64,000 nucleotides of DNA from Callorhinchus milii (GCF_018977255.1 NW_024704743.1:81842001-81906000), one strand, 5' to 3'. Numbered from the stretch's first letter, positions 12,731-25,357 are shown. Numbers and translations are program-made. Notes: generated by a model not told the origin, from the sequence alone.

Positions 12731-13517
12731 CAGCCTATTTATATAAATATGTATTCCAACTTCAAACTTATTAAAACTAATCTTGAAATCCCAGCGCAAA
12801 CGTACTATCAATCATAACGTACAATATTAGGCATCTTTTTGCACTGTATATAAATCAATGATTGTTCTCAAGTTAATTACACCATATTGGGTGCACCGCC
12901 TTTTCCTGTTGGGTAACCAGTAGGTGAAGCTCAAGTGTGTTTCTTTAAAGCTACTGATGTCGACTTCAATGGCCGTAAAGAGAAGATTCAAAATCAGATC
13001 TAGATTTCCATTAAGATCTTAAAAAGCTTCGACACAAAAGCCTTTGTTCTCTTAAAAGTACCTTGAAATGCAAATACTGTATCTATCTTATCTGTGTGTT
13101 CAACTGAGTTTCTTTTTGAAAGACATTGCGCCCGACTTTTGTCAATGCCTTGAAACATTTACCGTGAAGGCCAAAAATGAATTAGTTAGGCCCCTGGATG
13201 TCTGTCAATTTGCAAGGTTGGCAAAGTGGCTCGAGTAACGTTTTAATCGAAACGATTCAAGGTATGCCAAAAGAAGATCAAAAATGCGTCAAAACTTTTA
13301 AATGAAGCCTCCCGTCTTATTAATGCGTTTAATTAAAGTTTATATAAAAATATATATATATATATATATAACAGCTTTCCATAAAGCAAGCCCCAAGCGT
13401 CTGCACGTACATCAGTCCCGTGACAGACGAATGCATCGCAGGGGAGAGTGCTGGGGGTCTATTAACCCATCATACATGATGACAAGGACTCTGATTAAGT
13501 AATAAGTAATCCCTGCA

Positions 13518-13540
13518 CTGTGTGTGTGTGTGTGTGTGTG
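13518..13540. repeat. (TG)n microsatellite
   Basis: Direct reading. Confidence 0.9.
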
Positions 13541-13754
13541 CGCACACGCATTCCGAGTTAATTCAGCGGCTTCCTGTTCAGTGCAGAGGGAGATGTCCCA
13601 CTCAGAGCCATCAGACGATCAGAGGAGGGGGTGGGGGGTGGGGGTGGGGTGGGGGTGGGTGGGGGTGTGATTAGAAAGCGAGCAGCCCTGAGCCCCCCCT
13701 CTCTCCCTCTCTGGCTGTGTGCGCGCGGCACTCCCCCCCCCCCCCCTGTCCCGA

Positions 13755-13817
13755 GGGGAATCCCCGCCACCCGACAGACAGCCAATCAGAGCCCGGAGCG
13801 CTGCTGGGCGTGACGTA
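13755..13817 (+). promoter_or_regulatory. Intronic kB / CCAAT / CRE-like motif cluster
   Basis: GGGGAATCCCC 13755-13765, AGCCAATCAG 13780-13789, GGGCGTGACGTA 13806-13817 in a CpG-rich patch. Confidence 0.55.
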
Positions 13818-13904
13818 CATGGGAGTGTGACACTCGGGTGTTCCCCACCGCCGCCACGAGGTTTCACTACAATAGGAACCGGACTCCATCACCTCTACAG
13901 CCAC

Positions 13905-14340
13905 ACACTCCCCCTCTCCCTCTCTCCCCCTCTCCCCCCCTCCATCCCTCCATCTCCCTCTCCCTCCCTCCATCTCTCTCCCTCTCCCCCCCCTCCATCT
14001 CTCCCTCTCCCCCACCCCCATCTCTCCCTCCCCCTCTCCCCTCCATCTCTCTCTCCCCCTCTCCCCTCCATCTCCCTCCCCTCCATCTCTCTCCCTCTCC
14101 CCCCCCCTCCATCTCTCCTCTCCCCCCCCTCCATCTCTCCTCCCCCCCCCCTCCATCTCTCCCTCTCCCTCCCCTCCATCTCTCCCTCTCCCTCCCCCCT
14201 CCATCTCCCTCTCCCCCCCTCCATCTCTCTCCCTCTCCCCCCCCCCCCTCATCTCTCTCCTCTTCCCCCCCCCATCTCTCTCTCCTTCCCCCCTCCCCCC
14301 CCCCCCTCCATCTCTCTCTCCCTCTCTCCTCTCCCTCCCC
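13905..14340. repeat. Polypyrimidine minisatellite (CCCTCCATCTCTCCCTCTCC-like units)
   Basis: Near-pure C/T tract with periodic CCATCT. Confidence 0.95.
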
Positions 14341-14892
14341 GGGCACTGAGCAATCACCCACAGCTCAACAATCCTCTCAAACTGCACCCTTTTCCTTTTC
14401 CTTTTTTCTTCCTTCTTTTTTTCTTGCATATGCACGCGTGCATTTTTTTTAAAACACACCGAGCGAGGCTGCAGACCTTAACAGAGCGAGGCGAGAGGCT
14501 TTGATCTTTTTGTCGCGAAAAAAAAGAAAGAAAAAAAAATAAAAATAAATAATTCACATCTTAAAAAAAAATCCGAACCAAAAAAAAAACCCCCATTTCA
14601 AACGGCCAATAATCCATCCTCACAATTTTTGCGTGACTTCCCATTTAATTAAAAAAGAGGCGTCTTGTCCCCCCCCCACCCCACCCCAACCCCCCATCCT
14701 CCACCTTCCACCCTCCATCCCTCCAGACGATCTGGAAAACGAAAGGTCTCGAAATGCTAAAGGATCACCCAAAAAAAAATAAAAAGCATTGGGTTTTACT
14801 GGGCATCGCAGAACAAGGGAGGAGAGGTGGTTTATTTGGGTGCAGTGTATTTCAGGTCATGGGTGCCGCATGGTGCTGTGTTTGTAGCTGTG

Positions 14893-15931
14893 CCCCCCCC
14901 CCCCCACCCCCCAACCTCCAGCTCCACACCCCCCCTCCACCTCCAGCTCCACATCCCCCCCCTCACCCTCCAACCTCCAGCTCCACACACACCCCCTCAC
15001 CCCCAACCTCCAGCTCCACTCCCCCCCCACCCCCAACCTCCAGCTCCACCCCCCCCCTCACCCCCCAACCTCCAGCTCCACTCCCCCCCACCTCCACCCC
15101 CCAACCTCCAGCTCCACTCCCCCCCACCTCCACCCCCCAACCTCCAGCTCCACTCCCCCCCCCTCAACCCCCAACCTCCAGCTCCACTCCCCCCCAACCT
15201 CCACCCCCCAACCTCCAGCTCCACACCCCCCCCCTCAACCCCCAACCTCCAGCTCCACACAACCCCCCTCACCCCCAACCTCCAGCTCCACTCCCCCCCC
15301 TCCACTCCCCCCCACCTCCACTCCCCCCCCACCTCCACCTCCACTCCCCCCCACCACCTCCACTCCCCCTCCACCTCCACTCCCCCTCCAGCTCCACTCC
15401 CCCCCCACACCTCCACGCCCCCCCCACACCTCCACGCCCCTCCCCCCACCTCCAGCTCCACTGCCCCCACCTCCAGCTCCACTCCCCCCCACCTCCAGCT
15501 CCACTCCCCCCCCACCTCCAGCTCCACTCCCCCCCCACCTCCAGCTCCACTCCCCCCCACCTCCAGCTCCACTCCCCCCCCACCTCCAGCTCCACTCCCC
15601 CCCCACCTCCAGCTCCACGCCCCCCCCCACACCTCCACTCCCCCCCCCCACCTCCAGCTCCACTGCCCCCCACCTCCAGCTCCACTCCCCCCCACCTCCA
15701 CCTCCACTCCCCCCACACCTCCACCTCCACTCCCCCCCACACCTCCAGCTCCACTCCCCCCCCCTCACCCCCAACCTCCAGCTCCACTCCCCCCCCCCCA
15801 CCTCCAGCTCCACTCCCCCCCCCTCACCCCCCAACCTCCACCTCCACTCCCCCCCCACACACCTCCACTCCCCCCCCCACACCTCCACCTCCACTCCCCC
15901 CCCCCCCCCCCCCCACCTCCAGCTCCACTCC
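14893..15931. repeat. C-rich minisatellite, unit about ACCTCCAGCTCCACT(C)n
   Basis: Dozens of tandem ~20-30 bp units with variable C runs. Confidence 0.95.
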
Positions 15932-16331
15932 AAAGAGCATTCGCAATGTTTTCAGGTAACGAGTTCCGTTTGGACAACGCGCAGATTACAATCGGGCGAT
16001 CAGATCAGAACATCCCCTGTTTCTTTATTGCCTCGTTTCTTTTTCTGGGGGCAAAAAAAAAATTTTTTTTTTTGAGATTATTTTGAAGATTATTTCCCTC
16101 CTTCCCCTTTGCGGGACGAGACGAGAGACGAGAGACGGAGCAGCAACAAAAGACGGGCGTTTGGAAATTGCATCTGGAATTTCACGCACACGGACCGCTG
16201 CGTTCAGGGCAGATCGGAGGGGGACCTTTGCTCTCGATTTAATGGAATTGCTTTCTTCCCAATTTGTCAGTGGTTTAATATCTGTCATTACGTCCCACAA
16301 ATTAACGATATGGATATCATAAACTCAAAAA

Positions 16332-16335
<4 letters not shown>

Positions 16336-16362
<27 letters not shown>
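16336..16362. repeat. (CA)n microsatellite near the exon 1 donor
   Basis: Direct reading. Confidence 0.9.
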
Positions 16363-16364
<2 letters not shown>

Positions 16365-16426
16365 GACATCAGAATCACAACCAAAGCAAAAGCACAACAC
16401 GTTGATGAACGAACGGTAGGACGTAC

Positions 16427-16526
16427 CTTGACAACTCTTTGCTGTTGGGGAGATGGACCTTTTCCAGCGCTCTCCTGTCCTGTTGGAGCTCAGTTGTCCT
16501 CTGCGTGTGGTCTGTGGTCCGTTTTG

Positions 16527-16558
<32 letters not shown>

Positions 16559-17160
16559 TTCTCTCCCTCTTTCTCTCAACTCTCTTTTCAAGTCTAAAAG
16601 GATAAAGTCAGTGCTTCATCGCGTGTGCGACATACACTGCAATCGCAGCTCTGCTCTGCGAGGCTCAAACTGACCAGAAACCTGCTCCAAAATTTCTTTT
16701 GAAACAATTTTTTTTCCTGCTCTGTTCAATTCTTCAGCTCCAATGCAACTCTGCTTTTGGGGACAGAGGGGAGAAGGGATTCTGGTTGTACTTTTAAAGT
16801 TAAATATTTTTTTTTGCAAAAAAAAGAGTTTTCCAACTGTTTGATTAATGTCAGCGTTGGAGCTTCAGTGCTGAGCACCTGGTTACCTCCCAATAAATAA
16901 ATCTTAAATAGGTTTTCTTTTCAAAAGATGATCCATTCGCATTTAGTTTTTTCCCCCCCCACCTAGTTATGCAAGTAAAAATCTAAATCTATACCCTGTA
17001 AAGCAGGCACCAGGGTTGCAGTAACCCCGGGGTCCAGCAAATCCACAGCTCATAAGATTTCTTAACACAGATCCGTGTGCAATTCCTATCAGACGCCAAA
17101 CTTTTTTTTCTTTCCCCCCCCCTTTCCCCTCCTTGTGTGTTGACTTTTTCTAAACCAAGT
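16427..17160 (-). other. HAS2: HAS2 non-coding exon 1 (5' UTR); 5' end approximate
   Basis: Donor AAG|GTACGT at 16426. Splicing gives GTTGTCAAG|ATG with A at -3. Exon 2 starts exactly at the ATG, so an upstream exon is required. TATA box upstream and CpG-rich surroundings. Confidence 0.72.
16527..16577. repeat. (CT)n / (GA)n microsatellite inside the putative 5' UTR
   Basis: Direct reading. Confidence 0.9.
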
Positions 17161-17184
17161 ACAGCCCAAAGGAAGTTTCGCGGA

Positions 17185-17290
17185 CTTTTATAACAACGCC
17201 AACTTTTTGTTAATGAATGGGGTGGAGGGGGTGGAGGGGTGGGGTAGGGGGGGGGTGGCAGAGGGGAGGGAATGTCTGAACCCGCCCATG
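17185..17290 (-). promoter_or_regulatory. HAS2 core promoter: TATA box plus GC/GT boxes
   Basis: TATAAAAG on minus at 17192-17185; G-rich GT-box run ~17219-17270; GC box TGGGCGGG at 17288-17281. Confidence 0.65.
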
Positions 17291-18122
17291 GATGCAAACT
17301 GAGCTGTAAACCGTTTTGCTGGAGATCCGATGATCACAGGAGCTGAATATCCAACATCCTCCTTTCTCCCCGACTCACATTTTATTCCAGAATACACGTG
17401 CATTTGACTCTCAACCCCTGTGACTGCATTTTAATCCTCACTCACTCGCGTGTTGCTGAATGAAATCGCCTTATTATTTGAGATCAGATGCCCGGGGAAG
17501 GTAGTGCATAAAGTTGCAGCAATTGCCTACCAGTAAGACACAATTTCCACCCTCCCCTCCCACCCAAAAAAAAACTTTTATTTTTAAAAATAAAACAGTG
17601 TGAGTGAGTGAGTGAGTGAGTAAATTCAATTGATGACTGCAGCGGATCTCCCTCTTACACACACACGGGAACACTGTTGCACAGAGTTTGCATGGTCTGG
17701 TGGGATGGTTTATTGCTGTGGGTGTAACTTTGCTTCGTTTCACTCGGATGTGCTGGACCGAGCAATTCTATATAAAGATAGGATCGGGGTGCAGGGCTGA
17801 CTGCAACAGTTTCACCCCCCAAACCCCTTCCCTCTGCCCTCTTCAGCTAACGAGCGAGAAATCCCGCATCGTGGTCCTGTACCTGTTCACTACCAGTAGT
17901 GATCAGCAGAGGGCGCCGCCGGCGCGGTTTGCAGCTCGAACTGCGCACAAAAGGGTGGGAGGAAGCGGCGCTCAGCAAAGGACTCACCCGCCCATTCACC
18001 CCAATCCCACACCCACTCCTTCCCCAGGAACATTTCAAAGGAATCATGTTAACAATTTAATGCAGATCGTCGGCGCATTAAATAAAACACGTCAACCAAT
18101 TGGCAGATTTCGGTGCATTTTA

Positions 18123-18446
18123 TAATAATAATAATAATAATCCTTGCATTTGATATAGCGCTTTTCACGTCGGGAGGACGTCCCAAAGCGCTTCACAGAA
18201 CACACTGTAAAGTGAATTGACTGTATATTTGTGGGCGAACGCGGCAGCCAATTGCGCACAGCAATGTCCCACAAACAGTCGTAGATTGAAAATGCTCAAT
18301 TTATTATTGTTTTTGGTTTTGGAGGGATTATTATTAGGCTCTGTGTGGAGTAAGGAAACTTGCCCAAGGTTTCGCCCTCTGCCTGGAATTGAACCAGGTC
18401 TCTCACTTGCAAAGCGAGTGCTCTAACCACTGAGCTACAGGGCTCC
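18123..18446 (-). mobile_element. Young full-length tRNA-SINE about 1 kb upstream of the HAS2 TSS
   Basis: Nearly identical to 2214-2538; TSD ATTTTA at 18117-18122 and 18447-18452. Confidence 0.9.
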
Positions 18447-19737
18447 ATTTTACCCACCTATTAATCAATCAATCAATCACATCTGCTCTGTGAGTCCCAG
18501 CCATGGCTTACGTGAGTGAGGCTGGACAGGAGCCTGAGTCTCTGCTCAGACTTGATCAAGACAGGAGTGAATGAGAGAGAGAGAGCTTGTGTGTAAGGGA
18601 TGAGGTGAGCAGAACTCAAAGGGATCTTTGTACAATACTTTTGGGGCTGGGGAAGCTCTCTGTCAGCAGACCGACTACAAATTTGATCCAACTAAACTAC
18701 CACAAGAGACTTATATATCTTTATGATATCTCATTCAACTTTCAATGTTTTGCGAAAGGGTTTCTCCCACACCTCGGCAAATGCAGCCAGCCAGCTGCTC
18801 AAAATGATTTGGGATTTGAAAAGTAGCAATAATTAATATTCCCACAGCACTTTTACATATCACAGTGTCCGGGTATCTGTAATACATCTTATTCTAAACA
18901 CATCAAATCAAAACCCTTAAACATTGCCCACCAAAATAGAGCTTCTAGTGTGAATGAATGAAATGGACTATAAAGTAGTCACTACACCCCCTTTGCAAGG
19001 GGAGGTCATATAAGGAATTTTAATTCAGAATATTAATAACGCAAAGGAAATGTATAAAGTGTTAATGGGTGGGGGGTGGTCCTGTAGTGTACTGAATTTT
19101 TAAAAAAGATTGTTTATGTCTAATCTACTTGGACCCCACTTGGTAATCCTCCTATTTCAGGGTTGGGCATTAACAAAACGATAAATTAGAATAAATCTGA
19201 TGACATGACAAGGCACTATATCAAATGCAATGATTATTATTACTGTTCCACAGCACCAAGAGTCTTGCTATCAGGACCGTTTTAAAATTATATCAAAGAG
19301 TTATAAATAATTAGATAAACATAATTTTGTTTCATCTCTCTTTAGCCTTCCAACTACCACCCACACGTTGCAGTCTCTCGGTCTCTAATTAAACTAATTA
19401 TACAAGATCTTGGTACTATTCATATACAAGATGTGTTTTAATATGAACAAAATGAGCATTCTCATTGTAAATCCTCATAGGAAATAATATCTCCTTAGGG
19501 TTCTGTCATAAATCTGATGTGATTTTTTCTAACTTGCCTCCACCCTCCTCTGAGAATCAAGGTCTTATGAATGATTGTTATAATGTATAAGCAGTCTCTC
19601 ACCTCCCCCTTCACCATGGCACATTTAGTGTATAATCAAATTGTCATAATTTCTGCTCTATTTCAATTGCTTTCTTGCTAATTTTCACCTCGTCTCCTCT
19701 GATGTAGGAATTTATTCTTATTGGGTACAAGTCTGAC

Positions 19738-19976
19738 TGTTAAAGATCCCATGGCATTATTCAAAAAGAACAGGGAGTTTCTCATGGTCTTCTGGCCAAC
19801 AATTCTCCAAATAAAATTGGTCACTCACTCCATGGTTGTTTGTGGGACATTGGCTGCCATTTCTGCCCACAAACTACACCACTTTACAGTGTATTCTGTG
19901 AAGCTCTTGGATACATCTTAACAACATGATAAAGTGATTTATCAAATGCAAGGATTGTTATTATTATTATTATTAT
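19738..19976 (+). mobile_element. Older Deu-type SINE, 3' half
   Basis: GTTAAAGATCCCATGGCA...GGGAGTTTCTC...TGTGGGACATTGGCTGCC...(TTA)n. Confidence 0.75.
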
Positions 19977-22037
19977 CACAGTTCCACAGCACCAACTCCC
20001 CTTGTTGCCCAAGCGATTATCCTATATGTATGATCATAGACAGTTAATGCTATTTGACTATGGAATATATAATAGAATGGATCCTGCCATCACTCAATTT
20101 CCATGGATTTACCCACTTTGCAGAAAAGTTTAATTTCCAGTATTTTATGGGATTCCTGAATCAAAATCACATGGGTCTTTCTCAGGTAATCAAAATTAAA
20201 ATGACCTCCTCATGATGTGAAAGTCACTATTCCAAATGCAATCAACAATAATTGCATGTGGTATCGTTCCTTTGAGGAGTCTCATTGAGGAGGTCTCACA
20301 GTGCCTCACAGGATCTACTGTAAACTGTAGTGGCTATGTATTTTGTAGGTGAACACATCAGCCAATGCGCCACAGCAATGCCCCACAAACAGCCATGAAG
20401 TAAATGCCAAAGTACATCACCTAACTTCTCCAAAACAATTCAATTCCTGAAACAAAGGTACTGCTGGTCAACAACAATGACTTGCAATTATATAGTGCCC
20501 TTCATGCAGGATGGCATCCCGGAACACTGTTCAGTGGCGGGACTTAAGGATAGAAAAAGAGGGGCTGAGATAGGGAGTTCCAGAGGTTGGGGGCTGATAG
20601 AGAGGCTGATGGCACAGCCACCGATGGTAGCATGGAGGGGCTGAGGGACCCACAGAAGGCCTGTGCCAACTGAGACAAGAGGACAGGCACGCCCACAGGA
20701 ATTTTAATGGGATTCCTTGTTACGAAATGCCACACTTAAAAAGTGAATTAGACCACACTTAAAAAGAATAGCAGATCAGTAGCTTTGAAATTCAGACTGA
20801 ATTTAAGAATTTTCTAAAATTCTATAGCAGCTTAAATTTTAAAACAATGCAAATACCAGCTCACCAGACAAGATCTCCCCGATTAGTCTGGGCGTGGGTT
20901 TCAGTGTGTTTGGTAACATGTTTGGTAACATGTTTGGTTCCGGTGTGATTGGGGCAGAGCTCTTTCTGGGGTTGAGAATCATCTCAAAAACGTTCAGATT
21001 TATTATATTGTGACCTGGCCTCTTTGCTAGGTACTGTATAACTTGAACAAAAGGCAACGAGCAAAGTGAAGAGCAACTCTGTGGCTAGACTGCCTGCCAA
21101 ATATTGTTAGCCTTAGTGGTTACAGTTGGTGTCAGTCGTGCCAGATTACCATTTTTTTTCAGAAATACAGCATTGTTCCCCTTGCACTGTGGGATACCAC
21201 ATGCAGCTGTGATTATTTATCAATAAAAGACCCATCCAAAATAAATAGCTTTCAAACCCAGTGTGGCCAGGACCAGCTCAGAGTTTTTAGCCAGTAGAAG
21301 AAATCAAAACTAGCATGAGCACATCGACTTCAGAAGTGTATGATAAAACACTGGAAACCACTGCTCAGAATAACAGCCAATTGGTCAGATTAATGACAAA
21401 ATTAATCTATGAATGTAACTTTGAGATACACTGACATGAACAAATTACCTATTTCTCTTCTGTGAAACATTAGGGTAAAAAATCATCATGGTTCACTGTC
21501 TATCTATGAATAAGTAAATATGCCATTGATGTTCTGTCTGTGCTTTTCAGTTAGAAACTACCTACTACAGCGCTGTGTAAAAAAACTCTTTAAAGTAACA
21601 ATTTGTGACGTTCAGTTGAAAGTAAAATCGATTTAAAAGCAGCTCGGGGCAGATTTTGTGAGAGAAGGGAACAAACAGTGACTACGTGACTGCTGACATA
21701 TATACCAGTTTTATAGATGTTTTATCACCTACTTTCTTCTTTGATATGCCATTCGCAGTTTCCTTTACAGATTCATTATTTGGCATTTAACAGTCATATC
21801 GACAAATACATCAAGCCGCTTATATGTCGACAGTTGAATTAGGTAGGTGTTTAGGATCACTACCCCAAATAACAATTTACACAGAAAGTAGATCAAGGCT
21901 GTGTTTGAAATTTTTATATGAAATGTTATATAGATGTTCTACCTTTAAAAAAAGGAATGAGACATTTGGGAATCTCTAATAAATAATTACTGGTAACTAC
22001 ACACACAAGTATGTACAATATCCATTACCACTCATGT

Positions 22038-22447
22038 TGGTCTGGCTCAGTGGTAGCGCTCTTGCCTGTGAGTCAGGTTGCAGGTTCAAGCCCTAAGGCT
22101 CGACTTCAACATAGGATGACATTCCAATGCAGTGCTGGGAGTGTGTTGTATTGTTAGAGATGACGTCCTTTGGGTGAGATGTTAAACTGAGGTCCCACTT
22201 CCCTGTTCAGGTGAATGTTGGTGATCCCATGGCGTATTCAAAAAGAGAAGGCAGTTTCTCCAGGTGTGCTGGCTAATAATACCCCAAATAAAATTGGTTA
22301 TTCACTTCATGGTTGTATGTGGGACAATTTTGTGCTCACTAGGGATGTCATGTTCCCTACAAATACACAGTCGTTCCACTTGAAGTGCTTTAGGGGGATG
22401 TTCTTCGAACAGGAAAGGCACTATACCCAATTGCAACGATTTTTTTT
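22038..22447 (+). mobile_element. Older full-length Deu-type tRNA-SINE
   Basis: TGGCTCAGTGG A box, GGTTCAAGCCC B box, shared core and tail. Confidence 0.8.
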
Positions 22448-22615
22448 ATTACTAGTAACTACACATAGCATGTACAATACTTATCACTGTAGTTACACAC
22501 AGTATGTACATTATTGATTATTGGTAACTACACAGTGAATCCAATATTCATTACTGGTAATTACACAAAGGATGTTTTAGGCAGAAATCTGAATAACTTT
22601 TTCCTGGTTTTTAAT

Positions 22616-22830
22616 AAATAATAATAATAATAATCCTTGCATTTGATACAGCGCTTTTCACGTCTTCTAGACGTCCCAAAGCGCTTCACAGAATATACTG
22701 TAAAGTGAATTGACGGTATATTTGTGGGCGAACGCGGCAGCCAATCGTGCACAGCAGTGTCCCACAGACAGTCGTGGATTGAAAAGGACCAATTTATTAT
22801 TGTTTTTGTTTTTGAAGGGATTATTATTAG
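22616..22830 (-). mobile_element. 5'-truncated young SINE
   Basis: Matches 18123-18340. Confidence 0.85.
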
Positions 22831-24827
22831 GCACCGGCAAATTGTGGCTTGTTTAAATTCAAATAAACTTAAAATATATCAATATTACATTTTTATTTCA
22901 AAAAATATTTTGTTTGATAGGACTGACTCTTACTGAGGTGTGGTTCTCCTTGTGGTAGCAGCATTCTGGTTCCTCCCTCAAGTGGCTACTCGTGATGCAT
23001 GAGGTTACAATAACTTGTAGTTATGTAATGTGTAACAGAGCATCTCAAAGCACTTGACAAATATTTTGGTGGTTACTTAGCAGGAAAATAAGTGGTTTAA
23101 AGCCATTGACCAAAGATACTGTCAAAAAATCTAAACAGTGAGTATCAACAGAGTAGTAGCTTTGGACACAACAGCTCAGTCACATCTGAGTCACACCGTA
23201 CATCCAGACATTGCACTTCCCAAAAGTGGAAACCTTCCATCTGGATAGTCACCAAGAGAAATAACTCTGGTTGAATTCTCCCTCGCTACTGAAATACATA
23301 AGGGAACTGGAAATCATGACAGAAAAGTGCTCCAAGACACTATTTGTTTGGAGGGTGCTATATAAATGCAATTTGTAGTACAGTAGTAAAGTAAAAGGTA
23401 AAAAAGGAAACCTCTTTAGTGGCAAAAGGAAATGAAGAGAATGAAGGGAAGGTATTGAGATGTTTTAAAGAAGAAGGAACACAAAGTGAAAATCATAAAG
23501 AAACAAAAGAAAAGAAACCAGAGAGTAAGAAATATAAAAAAAAGAAATTCAGAAAACATCAGAAATTGAAAATCAAGACAGTCTAATTAAACCTTATGTA
23601 TGGAGTCAAAATATACAGGAAGAAAAAGATTGAATCTCCCTGCCACTAAACTTGAAAATCAACAAGATGCATTGACCAGGAACTGAACAAAATCTTCATC
23701 AAATAAAACAAATTCAATAAATTCAGTAATTCCTACACTGGGTAGGAAATGTGACTCAAAGAGTAATTGCTTACTCACATACCAGTCAACCATATCTCTA
23801 TATAAGACAATATGTCAGTTAGTGGATAAGAGTGGGGGTCAGGAACTGCATTAAGCCCTTTTTTAGCCTGCTACAGAACAATGAGAATATGTAGGGGGAA
23901 CATATTCATTCAGCAGTCAAATATTGTTGGCAGGAACGTAATGTAGGAGTTCATAATAACGGGCACCCCCACTGACAAGAGGCTCTCTTCGGTTAGCTGG
24001 AAGTAAACAATTATAACCGCAGTTATGACTTATTAAAATCAAGAATAATGCACAACAGGGTTAGTGTAGTGCCTTAGGACATTCAGCATCCATTTATTAA
24101 AAAAATATGTTCAAACTTTAAGCAAGAGAAAATATATCAGGCGACCTTTAACGAAAAACTCCGGGTCTCAAAGATCTTATGTACAAAACAGTCCTCCAGT
24201 GTCTAGTTACTCGCACTGCTTCATTTTGATCATTTCATCAGCACAGTAAAAGCAGGCATCAAAGTGAATGTGTTCCACTTACCTGATGGTAGCCATTAGC
24301 TACTTTGGGAGATCACTGACTGCTTTCAATAAATACTCAACATATAATTTCCTAGTAGGCAGCTGCAGGTCATTTCTCAATAAACCTACAGAGATGGCGT
24401 CATGATCGTTTAACCTCTTATGGGAATGTTATTACGCACGAAGGACACTGACAATGGCTGCTGGCACACAAACAAAATAAAAATCCCACATAAGATGAAA
24501 GAGTAAATATTATAAATCACAGATATCAGAGAAGATTGCAAAGCTCATTTTTGATTCAGACGATGCTTATAATTTACTTGAGATTTGCGCTCACAACTCA
24601 TGATGTCACCAGAACCCCTCTGTGAGATTATTTACCTTTTAATCATTATATGCTCAATCGAGCTATTGAACTAAGCACATCACAAGTAATAGCACAAAGA
24701 TTAGAAATGGCAGCAAAGAGAGGATATTTGTTTTCAAACAAATGTAGTTGAACGTCAGAGTTGCTGTCCTGGACATGTCAATGTAATAAGAAAAATCACC
24801 CAAAAAAGAATAATAAATGAAAAATGT

Positions 24828-25230
24828 TAATAATAATAATCCTTGCATTTGTTATTGTGCCTTGATAAAACACGTCATGGGATTTCCTGTAAAATTTGAT
24901 GACTGCTTAGTTGTAGGCAAAGGCGGAAGCCAATTTGTGCAGTGATGTCCCACAAACAGCCAGGAATTGAATGATTAGTTTTATCTGGGGGATTGTTGGC
25001 CAGGACAACAGGAGAAATTCTCTTCTATTTTTGAATAGTGCCAAACATTCATTTAACATCTATCAAAACAAATAGGCATGACCTTAGTTTAATGTCTCAT
25101 CTAAAGGATGGCATCTCTGACAATGGAGCACTGTATTGGAGTGTCAGCTATGACTGTGAGTTCAAAATGGCAATGTGGGCTTGAACCCGCAGTCTTGTCT
25201 CATCAGATTGAAGAATGAAGAGGAAGCTGA
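24828..25230 (-). mobile_element. Older Deu-type SINE
   Basis: (TAA)n tail, CCCACAAACAG core, GGGCTTGAACCC B box in reverse. Confidence 0.7.
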
Positions 25231-25357
25231 GATTGTGCTTCTGATGATTGTTTTGAGATTGTATGGAGGAGTGTAGAAGGACAAAGGTAGAAAGGTCGCA
25301 GAGTGAGAATGGGAGGGAGAGTGGTAGAGGGGTACTACAGGGAGGTCAGGAGAATAT

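Noticed and set aside
13558..16086. Long Pro- or Gly-rich ORFs (up to 419 aa)
   Set aside because: Artefacts of stop-free C/G-rich tandem repeats, open in nearly all frames.
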